Origin: Chloroflexota bacterium
Lineage (GTDB): Bacteria; Chloroflexota; Limnocylindria; Limnocylindrales; CSP1-4
DNA: 64,000 nucleotides
NCBI GenBank assembly: GCA_034435355.1
Contig: DAOTXE010000054.1
Span: forward strand, 8,135-72,134
Direction: 5' to 3'
The translations under genes and the position numbers were made by a program. The notes under the pieces were generated by a model, which saw nothing but the letters and a program-made list of their open reading frames with translations, was not told the DNA's origin and searched no databases. Of this stretch, positions 43,101-57,006 are shown piece after piece (position 1 is the first letter of the stretch; each line of letters opens with the position of its first letter).

Positions 43101-43140
43101 CCTCCTTCCCGGCCTCTCGGGGCCGGTCCTTAAAGGGTCC
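43101..43140 (-). promoter_or_regulatory. PyrR-binding leader RNA hairpin overlapping the Shine-Dalgarno sequence
   Basis: The minus-strand RNA reads UUUAAGGACCGGCCCCGAGAGGCCGGGAAGGAGG. It matches the conserved CC-N-GAGAGGC-N-G-N-GAAGGA core of PyrR binding loops. The stem is CCGGCC/GGCCGG, and GGAAGGAGG follows the 3' arm directly. Confidence 0.65.
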
Positions 43141-43239
43141 GCGCAAGGATAGCGTGCCGGCCGGCGGCTCGCGCGGCCGGTTGCGCAGTCGACGTGCCCG
43201 CGACCTCGGCGCGGCACCGATGGTCGTGGCGACCGATCG

Positions 43240-45474
43240 TCAGCGAGCGACGACCAGGGGGTCGGACCCCGGGTCCGGGGCACCGTGGATGCTGCCGGAG
43301 CCATCCTCGGACCAGGCGTAGAGGCTGAGCGTGCTCCCCTGCCCGTTCTGACCGGGCGGGCTTGCCCACGCGATCCGGTCGCTGCCCAGCGAGAAGCCCG
43401 GCAGGGCGGCGACGTCGGCGAGCAGCGCGTCGCCCAGGCTTCCGTCGGCGTTCACGGCGAACAGGCTGAGGCTGCCGGTCGACGGATCGGCGGGGCCGGC
43501 GATCCACACCGCGAGGTGGCGGCCCAAGGGATCCCAGCGCACGTCCCAGCTCGTGACGCCGGGCAGCCCCGCGGACCCGGGGAGCTCGGTCGCGGCGACA
43601 TCACCGGGGCCGATCAGCGCCTGCCAGTCGGCGATCACCAGCTGGCCGCTCGTGGGCGCCCACGTGCTGGTCGCCGGATCGAAGGCCTGGGCACCCGTCC
43701 AGAAGACGACGGCCCGGCCGGTCGGGTCGACGACGGGGCGCCAGACGCCCGTGCGCGTGATGGGGGTCTGGAAGCCCGATTGCGGGTCGAGCAGGAACGA
43801 CGCGACGGGCGGGCCGGGAAGCAGCGAGCCGGTTGTGGGCGAGGCCGTCACGTCCGGCGCGGCACTCCCGTTCGAGGCTGGCTGCGAGGGTGCCGGACTC
43901 GATCCCGGCGCAGCGGGCGGCCTCGCGGATGGAGGTGCAGACGCCGCGTTCGGCGTGCCGGAGGCGATCACGGGGCGTGCCGTCGGCTCCACCGACGCGA
44001 GTGGGGGCGATGCGAGCACGTCCGTGGACCCCTGGGGTTCCCCGGACGCCGCCAGCGGGGACGCGAGCGCAGGAGATCCCGCCGCGGGCGAGGGCACCGC
44101 CGGCGACGGCGCCGGCTCGATCGTGAAGGCGCGCACGCCGGGGACCGGGCTCGTCGCGGGCACCACGGCGCTTCCGAGGATCTCGTTGAGGTCCCAGGCC
44201 GAGAAGACCGCCGCGTGGTCGCTGGTCACTGGGCGCGCCCGTGCATCGCCGACGTGCCAGACGTAGATGTCGGGCCCCTGGCTTCCGTCGAGCGGGCGGG
44301 CCGAGAAGGCGACCCACTGCCCATCCGGCGAATAGGCCGGGGGCGGACCCACGAGCACGACGCCCTCGATGATCGGGGTCGTGACGGCAGGCGACGGGGC
44401 CGGGCTTGCCGGCGGGATGCTCGCGAGCGCCGCGCCCGGCGTCGCTCCCCCGGTGGCTCCGGCCGCGCTCGACGGCTGGCCCGTGATGGCGGGCTCGGCG
44501 GATGCGGTCACGGCGGGCGGCGCCGTCGCTCGTCCCTGGGTGCCGGCCGAGGCGAGCGCGGTGGGCTTCACCGACGGCGACCCGGCCGGCGCGCTCGAGG
44601 ACGGCGGTCTGGTTCGGGTGGGACCCGGGGAGCGAGAACCGGTCGGGACGGGAGTGGTCGCTGGAGGAGTAGCTGCCACTCCCGTCGCCGCCGGCGTCGT
44701 GGAAAAGGCTCCGGGTGCTGCGATGGAGGACGAAGGAACGGGCGTCTGTGTGACGCGCTCATCGAACGGGACCACGAACGCGTAGACCGCGGTGCCACTC
44801 ACCAGGACCGCGGACGGCCCGTTGCGCTGCAGCACGACCGCGGACGGCTTGATGCTGAACGCCGCGACCTCGCGCGCGCCGGTGTCGAGGGTGCCGCAGG
44901 CCGAGGCGTCGAACCCGGGGCAGACCTGGTCGACCGTCGCGGTCGTGAGCACGTAGGCGCCATCGGGCTGCCTCTGGACCCACGCAACGGTCTGCGCGGC
45001 CACCGCGATCGGCGTGGGCTGCGGGGACCCATTGCCACCGAGACCCCGTCCGGTCGGGCCGCTCCCGTTCCCGAGCCCACCGAGCGCAAGCGGCAGAAGC
45101 ATGATCGCAACCACGGCCGCGATGGCGAGTGCCGCGTACCCGAACGACGACGTGCCAAGGGCGGAGCGGCCCGCTCGTGCGTCCTCGCGGGTGGCGCGCC
45201 GAACCTCCACGTCGAGCGCCCGGGAGAGACGGGCACCCAGGTCGCGGGGCGCCACCGGGAGATCGTCACGGAGCGCGCGGATCTTTCCGCGGTCGCTCGC
45301 GAACGACGCCGTGGTGCGGCGGCAGGCGGGACAGGCCGCGAGATGTCCCTGGAGCCACCTGGCATCCTCGTCGGGGAGCGGTGCGAGAAGCTGATCGGAC
45401 GCGAGGCTGCGCGCCCGCGCGTGGACGTCGGTTCGGCGGTCCGGGTGGCGCATCGCCCGCTGAAGGCCGCTCAT
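43240..45474 (-). CDS. ZAS-type anti-sigma factor with a large extracytoplasmic domain containing TolB/PD40-like beta-propeller repeats
   Basis: HLAACPAC (H-x3-C-x2-C), one TM (YAALAIAAVVAIMLLPLAL), and YSPDGQWVAFSARPLDGSQGPDIYVW. 4-nt overlap with the sigma gene. Confidence 0.75.
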   Translation of the reverse strand: MSGLQRAMRHPDRRTDVHARARSLASDQLLAPLPDEDARWLQGHLAACPACRRTTASFASDRGKIRALRDDLPVAPRDLGARLSRALDVEVRRATREDARAGRSALGTSSFGYAALAIAAVVAIMLLPLALGGLGNGSGPTGRGLGGNGSPQPTPIAVAAQTVAWVQRQPDGAYVLTTATVDQVCPGFDASACGTLDTGAREVAAFSIKPSAVVLQRNGPSAVLVSGTAVYAFVVPFDERVTQTPVPSSSIAAPGAFSTTPAATGVAATPPATTPVPTGSRSPGPTRTRPPSSSAPAGSPSVKPTALASAGTQGRATAPPAVTASAEPAITGQPSSAAGATGGATPGAALASIPPASPAPSPAVTTPIIEGVVLVGPPPAYSPDGQWVAFSARPLDGSQGPDIYVWHVGDARARPVTSDHAAVFSAWDLNEILGSAVVPATSPVPGVRAFTIEPAPSPAVPSPAAGSPALASPLAASGEPQGSTDVLASPPLASVEPTARPVIASGTPNAASAPPSARPPAAPGSSPAPSQPASNGSAAPDVTASPTTGSLLPGPPVASFLLDPQSGFQTPITRTGVWRPVVDPTGRAVVFWTGAQAFDPATSTWAPTSGQLVIADWQALIGPGDVAATELPGSAGLPGVTSWDVRWDPLGRHLAVWIAGPADPSTGSLSLFAVNADGSLGDALLADVAALPGFSLGSDRIAWASPPGQNGQGSTLSLYAWSEDGSGSIHGAPDPGSDPLVVAR

Positions 45475-46199
45475 CGGCGCCCGTCGAGCCTCGTGCCGCC
45501 CGCGGCGGGCTGGTCAAGCGGTCGCCCGGCAGCCTCCGCGTCGGCAGCACGGACGCGCTCCTCGGCGATGGCGCGGCGAAGGCTCTCCCGAGCGCGGGTG
45601 AGGAGGGCGCGCGCCGCGACGTGCGAGGTGCCGAGGGCGGCGGCAAGCTCGATGCCGGTCAGGTCGTGGACCTCGGCGAGGAGCAGTGCCGACCTCTGAC
45701 GCTCCGGGATCCGGGCGAGCGCCCGCTCGAGCTCGGCGGAGAACCGGGTATCCATGGCCAGCCGCTCGGCGGACGGGGCCGCCCCGCGCGACTCGCCGCT
45801 CCACGGGATGAAACGGACGATCTTCCGGCGGCGGATCTCGTCGAGCGCGACCCGGTTGGCGATCTGGTAGAGCCAGGCACGGGCCTTGGTCGGGTCGTCC
45901 AGGCTCGCATGGGCACGGTAGGCCCGGATGAACGCGTCCTGGGCGAGGTCCGCGGCGAGCTCCGGGTCGCGGAGCATTCGGGTCAGGTACGCGTAGATCT
46001 CGGCGTGATAGCGCGCGAAGAGCACCTCGACGAACGCGCGTGCCGCGATCGGATCTGTCGGGAGGGCGGCGATCTCGTCGCCGCCGGACGACGGGAGCGT
46101 GCCGTCCGCCGGCTCGCCGGGCGTGTCCGCCGGCGGCCGCTCGCCGAGGGGCGGGGTCATCGACCCGATCCCCCAGCGGCGCGCGACGACGACGACCAT
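45471..46199 (-). CDS. ECF-type RNA polymerase sigma factor
   Basis: Region 2 (DLAQDAFIRAYRA) and region 4 (LLLAEVHDLTGIELAAALGTSHVAARALLTRAR). The start is possibly ATG 46160 rather than 46199. Confidence 0.85.
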   Translation of the reverse strand: MVVVVARRWGIGSMTPPLGERPPADTPGEPADGTLPSSGGDEIAALPTDPIAARAFVEVLFARYHAEIYAYLTRMLRDPELAADLAQDAFIRAYRAHASLDDPTKARAWLYQIANRVALDEIRRRKIVRFIPWSGESRGAAPSAERLAMDTRFSAELERALARIPERQRSALLLAEVHDLTGIELAAALGTSHVAARALLTRARESLRRAIAEERVRAADAEAAGRPLDQPAAGGTRLDGRR

Positions 46200-46225
46200 C
46201 GATCCTCCGGGCCGGAGACAGAATC

Positions 46226-46244
46226 GCGCGGGGCTCCCCCGCGC
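46226..46244 (-). terminator. Perfect 8-bp G/C hairpin (GCGCGGGG-CTC-CCCCGCGC); candidate terminator of the upstream minus-strand operon
   Basis: Read directly. On the minus strand it is followed by AUUCUGUCU. It lies between the GalT-like stop and the sigma-factor start. Confidence 0.4.
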
Positions 46245-46314
46245 TCAGGAGCGTTGACGCGGGGCGCGGCCGGCATGTGACGTTCGTGCGGGGCCGGGAC
46301 CCGGGCCGGCCTGC

Positions 46315-47334
46315 TCACCGGCGCGTCCCCGGCCACGTCTCTCGCCCGTCCTCCGCACCGAGCGCGAGCCGGCGGAGGAGCTGGTCGACGGCCTCTTCGG
46401 GGCTGACCGGGTTCACCGGCAGGCCCGTGCCGAGCTCGAGCCCGGCGATCTCACGGAGCCGGGGGTGGATCTCCCAGTGCCAGTGGTAGGTCGCCTCGAC
46501 CCGGCTGCCGAGCGGGGCCGTGTGGAGGACCAGGTTGTAGGGCGGTCCGTCGAGCTGGGCGAGGCGTCCGAGGACGTGGCGCAGCCCATCCGCGGCGGAG
46601 ACGAGGTCGTCGTCCGTGGCCCGCCCGAAGTCCGCCTCGTGACGGCGCGGCACGATCCAGATCTCGAAGGGCGAGCGCGACGCGAACGGGGCGAACGCGA
46701 TCGAGTGCTCGTCCTCCCAGAGGAAGCGGACGCCGCGCTCGCGTTCCACCCGGACCGCGCGACAGTACGGGCACTCGCTCTCCCGGATCATGAAGCGCGC
46801 GGCGCCGCCGATCTCCTCGGCGACCTCGTGCGGGATCTGCGGGAGGTCATACAGGTCGAGGCAGAGGTGGTTCGTCCGGGCGCCGGCCTGGCGGCCCCAG
46901 TTCTGGAGCACCTGCAGGTACTCAGTCTGGCCAACGCGCGCGGCCTCGATGATCGCGGAGCGCGCGCCGCGCAGAAGCGCCGCGATCAGCTCGGTTCCCA
47001 CCGAGTGAAGGGGACGATGCTCGCCGGGCGGTGCCACGATGGTCCGCCAGCTGCCGGCGGCCCGTGCCTGGCCGAGCGCGATCTGGGTCACGCTCCGCTC
47101 CTGCTCGCGGGCCTCGGCCTCGGTCCCCACGGTCCGGAAGGCGAAGTCCTTGAGGACGCGCAGGCGCACGCCGTCACCGGGCGGGAGCCGGCAGTTGAGG
47201 CAGTCCCCGCCGTCGTCGATCGGCTCGGCGGCCAGCATGAAGCGATCACGGACGAAGGCCCGGTCCACGACCGTGGCCACCCACCAGCCGGTGATCGCGT
47301 CGCGCCGCATCTCGAAGAGCCCGGGCGACATCAT
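46315..47334 (-). CDS. Galactose-1-phosphate uridylyltransferase-like HIT-superfamily nucleotidyltransferase/phosphorylase (atypical active-site motif)
   Basis: CPYC zinc motif and tandem HIT-like halves. The His motif reads YHWHWEIHP instead of the HPHGQ of classical GalT. Confidence 0.7.
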   Translation of the reverse strand: MMSPGLFEMRRDAITGWWVATVVDRAFVRDRFMLAAEPIDDGGDCLNCRLPPGDGVRLRVLKDFAFRTVGTEAEAREQERSVTQIALGQARAAGSWRTIVAPPGEHRPLHSVGTELIAALLRGARSAIIEAARVGQTEYLQVLQNWGRQAGARTNHLCLDLYDLPQIPHEVAEEIGGAARFMIRESECPYCRAVRVERERGVRFLWEDEHSIAFAPFASRSPFEIWIVPRRHEADFGRATDDDLVSAADGLRHVLGRLAQLDGPPYNLVLHTAPLGSRVEATYHWHWEIHPRLREIAGLELGTGLPVNPVSPEEAVDQLLRRLALGAEDGRETWPGTRR

Positions 47335-48239
47335 CGCGCTCCGGCGACGGCGAGATGCGCGGGAGACTGGTCGAAACCGCCGACGAGCGCCTGCAGAGCG
47401 CGGCGCTCGGCCCCGGCGTCGGCGGACGGCGGCAGGGCGCCCGCGAACGCGAAGCCGAGGCGCCGCGCGAGGGCGGGCGCAAAGATTGCTGCCGCGCCGG
47501 CGACGCTCGCGGTCGTCGGCGGCGCATCCGCTTCGGCGCCGGGGATGCCGGCGCGGGCGCGCTCACGGGCGAGCGACGTCGTGCGAAGCCCCGGCATCCC
47601 GCAGGGGTCGATCAGGTCGAAGTCGGCGAGGTCCGTGGTGACGTTGAGGGCGATGCCGTGGAACGCCACGCCCCGGGCCACGCGAATGCCGAGCGCCCCG
47701 ACCTTGCGCGGCAGTGGACCGTCGGCGTCCACCCAGCAGCCCGGGTGGCCGGGGCGCGGCCCAGCGGCGATCCCGGCAGCCGCGCAGGTGTCGACCATCG
47801 CGCCCTCGAGGGCTTCGACGAAGGAGCGGACGCCGAGCGGACGCCGAGCGGACGGCCCGGGCTCCGACCGGGCCAGGGCACCGGGCGGCAGGAGCGCGAC
47901 GACCGGGTAGGCCACCAGCTGGCCGGGGCCGTGGTAGGTGACCTCCCCGCCGCGCTCGACCCGGACGACCTCGATCCCGCGCGCGGCGAGCACCTCGGGG
48001 AGCGCACGAACGTGTGCCTCGCCCGCGTTGCGGCCGAGCGTGAGCACCGCGCCGTGCTCGAGCAGCAGCAGCTGGTCCTCGATCAGCAGGCCCGCGGCCC
48101 GCGCGTCGGCGAGGGCCTGCTGGAGGGTCCACGCCTCGCGGTAGGCGATCCGGCCCAGCCAGCGGGCCCGCATGATCCGGGGCGCCGATTGCTCCTCCAT
48201 CGCCACGCGCTCCACGTGTGCACGATACCAGCCGTTCAT
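47331..48239 (-). CDS. lipB: Octanoyl/lipoyl transferase
   Basis: RGGEVTYHGPGQLVAYP, KVGALGIRV, DPCG. The true start is probably downstream (for example ATG 48200). The stop overlaps the GalT-like start by 4 nt. Confidence 0.85.
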   Translation of the reverse strand: MNGWYRAHVERVAMEEQSAPRIMRARWLGRIAYREAWTLQQALADARAAGLLIEDQLLLLEHGAVLTLGRNAGEAHVRALPEVLAARGIEVVRVERGGEVTYHGPGQLVAYPVVALLPPGALARSEPGPSARRPLGVRSFVEALEGAMVDTCAAAGIAAGPRPGHPGCWVDADGPLPRKVGALGIRVARGVAFHGIALNVTTDLADFDLIDPCGMPGLRTTSLARERARAGIPGAEADAPPTTASVAGAAAIFAPALARRLGFAFAGALPPSADAGAERRALQALVGGFDQSPAHLAVAGAR

Positions 48240-48295
48240 GCACGCGACGCATGTGAACGGTGGCGGCGGAGACCGCCGGCCGGGGTCGCCGCCCG

Positions 48296-50536
48296 TCAGC
48301 TCGTCCTGCGCTCCTCGACCGCCTCGAGCACGAACAGGCGCGCCTGGAAGTCGCCGCGCGCGGCCGTCTCGGGCCGCGTGGCGACGATCAGGATTCCCGC
48401 GCTCATCAGGTCGTCCCCGCCGCGCTCGACGGCGTTCCGGGCCGCCATCGAATCATTTGCCGGCGGCCAGGCCGTGACGCGGTAGCGGGCCGCCGGATCG
48501 AGCCCGCGCAGCGGGATGCGGTCGGACCCCGGCTGGGGCCGATTGAGGATCCGGTACCAGCCGACGACGGCGCGGCGCCGGTCGTCGGAGACCGACATCC
48601 AGGCGGCCTCGTTGCGGTCTCCCTCGAACGGGCTCCGCAGGCGCAGGAACCGTCCGCGCTGGAACAGCTCGCGATGCGTCTTGTAGAAGACCACCTGGTC
48701 GGCGATCTGGCGGCGCTCGTCGGGAGCGAGGGCTGCCGGGTCGAGCTCGTAGCCGAAAACGCCGAAGAAGGCGACGGCCGCCCGCGTGGCGAGCGGCGTG
48801 ACCCGGCCGACCTGGTGGTTCGGCACGGCCGCGACGTGGGCGCCCATCGAGCTGAGCGGGTACACGAGCGACGTGCCCCACTGGATGCGCAGGCGCTCGA
48901 TCGCGTCGGTGTCGTCGCTCGTCCAGGCCTGGGGTGCGAAGGCGAGCATCCCCGGGTCGAAGCGGCCGCCCCCGCCCGCGCACGACTCGAACAGGATCTC
49001 GGGAAACTCGAGGGTCAGCCGGTCGTAGAGATCGTAGACGCCGAGGATGTAGCGGTGGAAGAACTCCCCCTGTCGATCAGCGGGCAGGGCGAGGCTGAAC
49101 GGCTCGGTGATGTTCCGGTTGTAGTCCCACTTCACGTAGCTGATCGGCGCGCTGCGCAGCACGTCGCGGATGGTGGCGAACAGGTGGTCGACGATCTCGG
49201 GGCGCGACATGTCGAGCACGAGCTGGCTCCGGCTCTCGGTGCGCGGCCGACCCGGGACACCGATCGCCCAGTCCGGGTGGGCGGCAAAGAGCCGGCTGCG
49301 GGGGCTCACCATCTCGGGCTCGATCCACAGGCCGAAGCGCATGCCCAGCGCCTCCACCCCCCGGGCGAGGTCGTCGAGCCCGTCGGGGAGCTTGCGGCGA
49401 TCGACGGCCCAGTCGCCGAGCGAGCTCGTCGCGTTGTCGCGCTCGCCGAACCACCCGTCGTCGAGCACGAACAGCTCGATCCCCATGTCGCGGGCAGCGG
49501 CCGCCATCTCGAGCATCCGGCTTGCTCGCACGTCGAAATAGGCACCCTCCCAGCTGTTGAGCAGGACCGGCCGCGGGCGGTCGCGCCAGGCACCGCGGGC
49601 GAGCCGTTCGCGGTAGAGGCGGTGGTAGGCGTCGCTCAGGCCGCCCAGGCCGGTCTCCGACCAGGCCAGCACGGCCTCCGGCGTGGCGAACTCCTCGCCG
49701 GGCTCGAGCGCCCAGGCGAAGCCCTCCGGCTCGATGCCGAGCCGGAGGCGCGTCGTCCCGAACGGATCCACCTCGGCCTCGGCGCGGAAGTTGCCCGAGT
49801 AGACGAGGCTGAACCCGACGGCGGTGCCCTGGTCCTCGATGGTGGAGGGTCGCGCGAACGCCACGAACGGGTTAGCCTCGTGGCTCGACGCTCCGTAACC
49901 GCTCGTCACCGCCGCGCGCCCGGGAGCCAGCGCCTGCCGGACGAGATGGCGCTCCCGCGCCCACGTCCCGGCCAGCTGGAGCACGTCCCAGCGGGAATCG
50001 GGCAGGTCGAGGGATGCGCTCATTGCACAGCGGAGCGTGACCCGCGCCGTCCCCGCGTTCCGGATCCGGACGCTGCGCGCGACCACCGGCTTGTCCACGA
50101 AGATCGTGTAGAGCAGCCGGACCTCGACCCCGCTCGCCGCGTCGACCAGCAGAATCTCGGCCGTCTCCGCCTCGTCGGGGCGCTCGACGTACGTCGCCGG
50201 CAGCCCCGGGATCGCTGGCTTGCCCGCGCTGATCTGGTGCCCGGCATAGGCGAGATGGAGGACGCTCGACCCGTCGGCATGCTCGACCGCGAGGGCGGGA
50301 ACGCGGAAGTCCCCCGTTCCACCAGTCGGGTACTCCAGGGCGACGAACTCGGTCTGGCGGTCCGAGAAGCCCTCGAAGTGAGCCGGCCCGAGGTGCGCGT
50401 ACGAACGCCCGGGTGCGAGGGCAGGGCCGAAGTAGACCTGGGCAAGGGAGCCATCCTCGAGCGCACGGACGACGTAGCTGATCCGGCCGCTGTGAAGGTG
50501 CAGCTCGTTCGTCGCGCCGTGCCAGGTCGCCGTCAT
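48296..50536 (-). CDS. GH36 alpha-galactosidase
   Basis: LLNSWEGAYFD, FVLDDGWFG, YVKWDYNR, ESCAGGGGR. Confidence 0.9.
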   Translation of the reverse strand: MTATWHGATNELHLHSGRISYVVRALEDGSLAQVYFGPALAPGRSYAHLGPAHFEGFSDRQTEFVALEYPTGGTGDFRVPALAVEHADGSSVLHLAYAGHQISAGKPAIPGLPATYVERPDEAETAEILLVDAASGVEVRLLYTIFVDKPVVARSVRIRNAGTARVTLRCAMSASLDLPDSRWDVLQLAGTWARERHLVRQALAPGRAAVTSGYGASSHEANPFVAFARPSTIEDQGTAVGFSLVYSGNFRAEAEVDPFGTTRLRLGIEPEGFAWALEPGEEFATPEAVLAWSETGLGGLSDAYHRLYRERLARGAWRDRPRPVLLNSWEGAYFDVRASRMLEMAAAARDMGIELFVLDDGWFGERDNATSSLGDWAVDRRKLPDGLDDLARGVEALGMRFGLWIEPEMVSPRSRLFAAHPDWAIGVPGRPRTESRSQLVLDMSRPEIVDHLFATIRDVLRSAPISYVKWDYNRNITEPFSLALPADRQGEFFHRYILGVYDLYDRLTLEFPEILFESCAGGGGRFDPGMLAFAPQAWTSDDTDAIERLRIQWGTSLVYPLSSMGAHVAAVPNHQVGRVTPLATRAAVAFFGVFGYELDPAALAPDERRQIADQVVFYKTHRELFQRGRFLRLRSPFEGDRNEAAWMSVSDDRRRAVVGWYRILNRPQPGSDRIPLRGLDPAARYRVTAWPPANDSMAARNAVERGGDDLMSAGILIVATRPETAARGDFQARLFVLEAVEERRTS

Positions 50537-50715
50537 GTGTCCCTCCGAATCCTCCCGTCCGTGGCCAAGACCCCCATCGACGAGCTCTCCCGAAAGTATG
50601 GGCCGTCCCCACCCGTTGCGGATTCGACACCCGTACGCAACTCGGTGGTTGTAGGCTGACGGCGTTCTGCTGGGCGGGCGTACCGGCCCCAGCCCCGCGT
50701 TTGGAGGAGTGGTAC

Positions 50716-52092
50716 ATGGGCAGTTTGGCTGCGCCCTGGCGCAGGAGCGGGCTCGTCACGCTGGCGACGCTCGCGATCATCGTCTCGGCGTGCAGCGGAA
50801 GCGCGACGCCGACCCCCGCGGCGCCGTCCGCCGCAGCATCGGCGGCCGCGTCGGCGGCAGCCTCGATGGCCCCGTCGCCGGCCGCGTCGGCCGCGTCCCT
50901 CGGTGCGACGACCCTGGGCTCGAACGAGAGCGACGCGGTTCCCAAGGCAGCCGTGGCAGCGCTCACCAGCTACTGCCAGACCCAGGCGGGCATCACGATC
51001 ACGGTCAACACGACCGACCACGGCACATTCCAGAACCAGATCAGCTCGTACCTGCAGGGCAAGCCTGACGACGTCGCGAAGTGGTTCGCCGGCAACCGCC
51101 TGCGCTTCTTCGCCGCCCAGGGCCTGCTCACGCCGATCGACGACGTCTGGGCACAGATCGGGTCGAACTACACCGACGCCTTCAAGACGGCGTCCACCGC
51201 CGCCGACGGGCACCAGTACCTCGTGCCGATCATCAACTACCCGTGGGTGGTGCAGTACCGCAAGAGCCTCTGGACGAAGATGGGCTACACCGTCCCGACG
51301 ACGATCGCCGACTTCATCACGCTGGCCAAGAAGATGCAGGCCGACGGCCTCGTCCCGCTCGCCTTCGGCGACAAGGACGGCTGGCCGGCGATGGGCACCT
51401 TCGACATCCTCAACATGCGGATGAACGGCTACGACTTCCACGTCGGCCTGATGGCCGGGACGGAGAAGTGGACCGATCCGAAGGTCAAGGCCGTCTTCCA
51501 GGAGTGGGCGAACCTGCTCCCCTACTTCCAGCAGGGCGCGCCCGGCCGGACCTGGCAGGATGCCGCCAATGCGGCGCTCGTGCCCGACGCCTCCGGCAAG
51601 TACGTCGCCGGAATGTACTTCCTGGGCACGTTCGCGGGTGCCGGGCAGGTCCCGAAGGCTGACCTGACCGACGTCGGCATGTTCACCTTCCCAACGCTCG
51701 GCACCGCCTACGACGGCGAGAACGCGATGGACGCCCCGATCGACGGGTTCATGTTGACGGCGCACCCGGCGAACGCCGCGGCCGCCAAGGCGTTCCTCGC
51801 CTGCATCGGCACCCCCGGTGCGCAGAAGGCATACACCGCGGTCTCGGGCGACATCGCCGCGGTCAAGAACGCCGACACGAGCGGATACACCCCGTTCCAG
51901 GTCGACGAGGCCAAGATCATCGCGGGCGCCGGCAAGATCGCCCAGTTCCTGGATCGCGACGCGCGCTCGGACTTCGCGGGCCCGTCGGGCATGCAGGGCT
52001 TCCTGCTCAGCTTCCTGAGCAACCCCAGCCAGAACCTCGACAAGTTCCTGAGCGGGATCCAGTCGTACTACGACTCGCTGCCCCCGCAGTGA
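50716..52092 (+). CDS. Sugar ABC transporter substrate-binding lipoprotein
   Basis: Lipobox IVSAC. GGAGGAG lies 6 nt upstream of ATG 50716. Family-1 SBP size and operon context. Confidence 0.85.
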   Translation: MGSLAAPWRRSGLVTLATLAIIVSACSGSATPTPAAPSAAASAAASAAASMAPSPAASAASLGATTLGSNESDAVPKAAVAALTSYCQTQAGITITVNTTDHGTFQNQISSYLQGKPDDVAKWFAGNRLRFFAAQGLLTPIDDVWAQIGSNYTDAFKTASTAADGHQYLVPIINYPWVVQYRKSLWTKMGYTVPTTIADFITLAKKMQADGLVPLAFGDKDGWPAMGTFDILNMRMNGYDFHVGLMAGTEKWTDPKVKAVFQEWANLLPYFQQGAPGRTWQDAANAALVPDASGKYVAGMYFLGTFAGAGQVPKADLTDVGMFTFPTLGTAYDGENAMDAPIDGFMLTAHPANAAAAKAFLACIGTPGAQKAYTAVSGDIAAVKNADTSGYTPFQVDEAKIIAGAGKIAQFLDRDARSDFAGPSGMQGFLLSFLSNPSQNLDKFLSGIQSYYDSLPPQ

Positions 52093-52121
52093 GCTAGCGA
52101 CCCTCGCAGGACGCGTGAGTC

Positions 52122-57005
<4,884 letters not shown>

Positions 57006-57006
<1 letters not shown>

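Noticed and set aside
46245-46314. ECF-type autoregulated promoter (GAAC ... CGTC) upstream of the sigma-factor gene.
   Set aside because: The only GAAC/CGTC pair I found is about 22 nt apart, not 16-17 nt, and lacks the GGAAC context.
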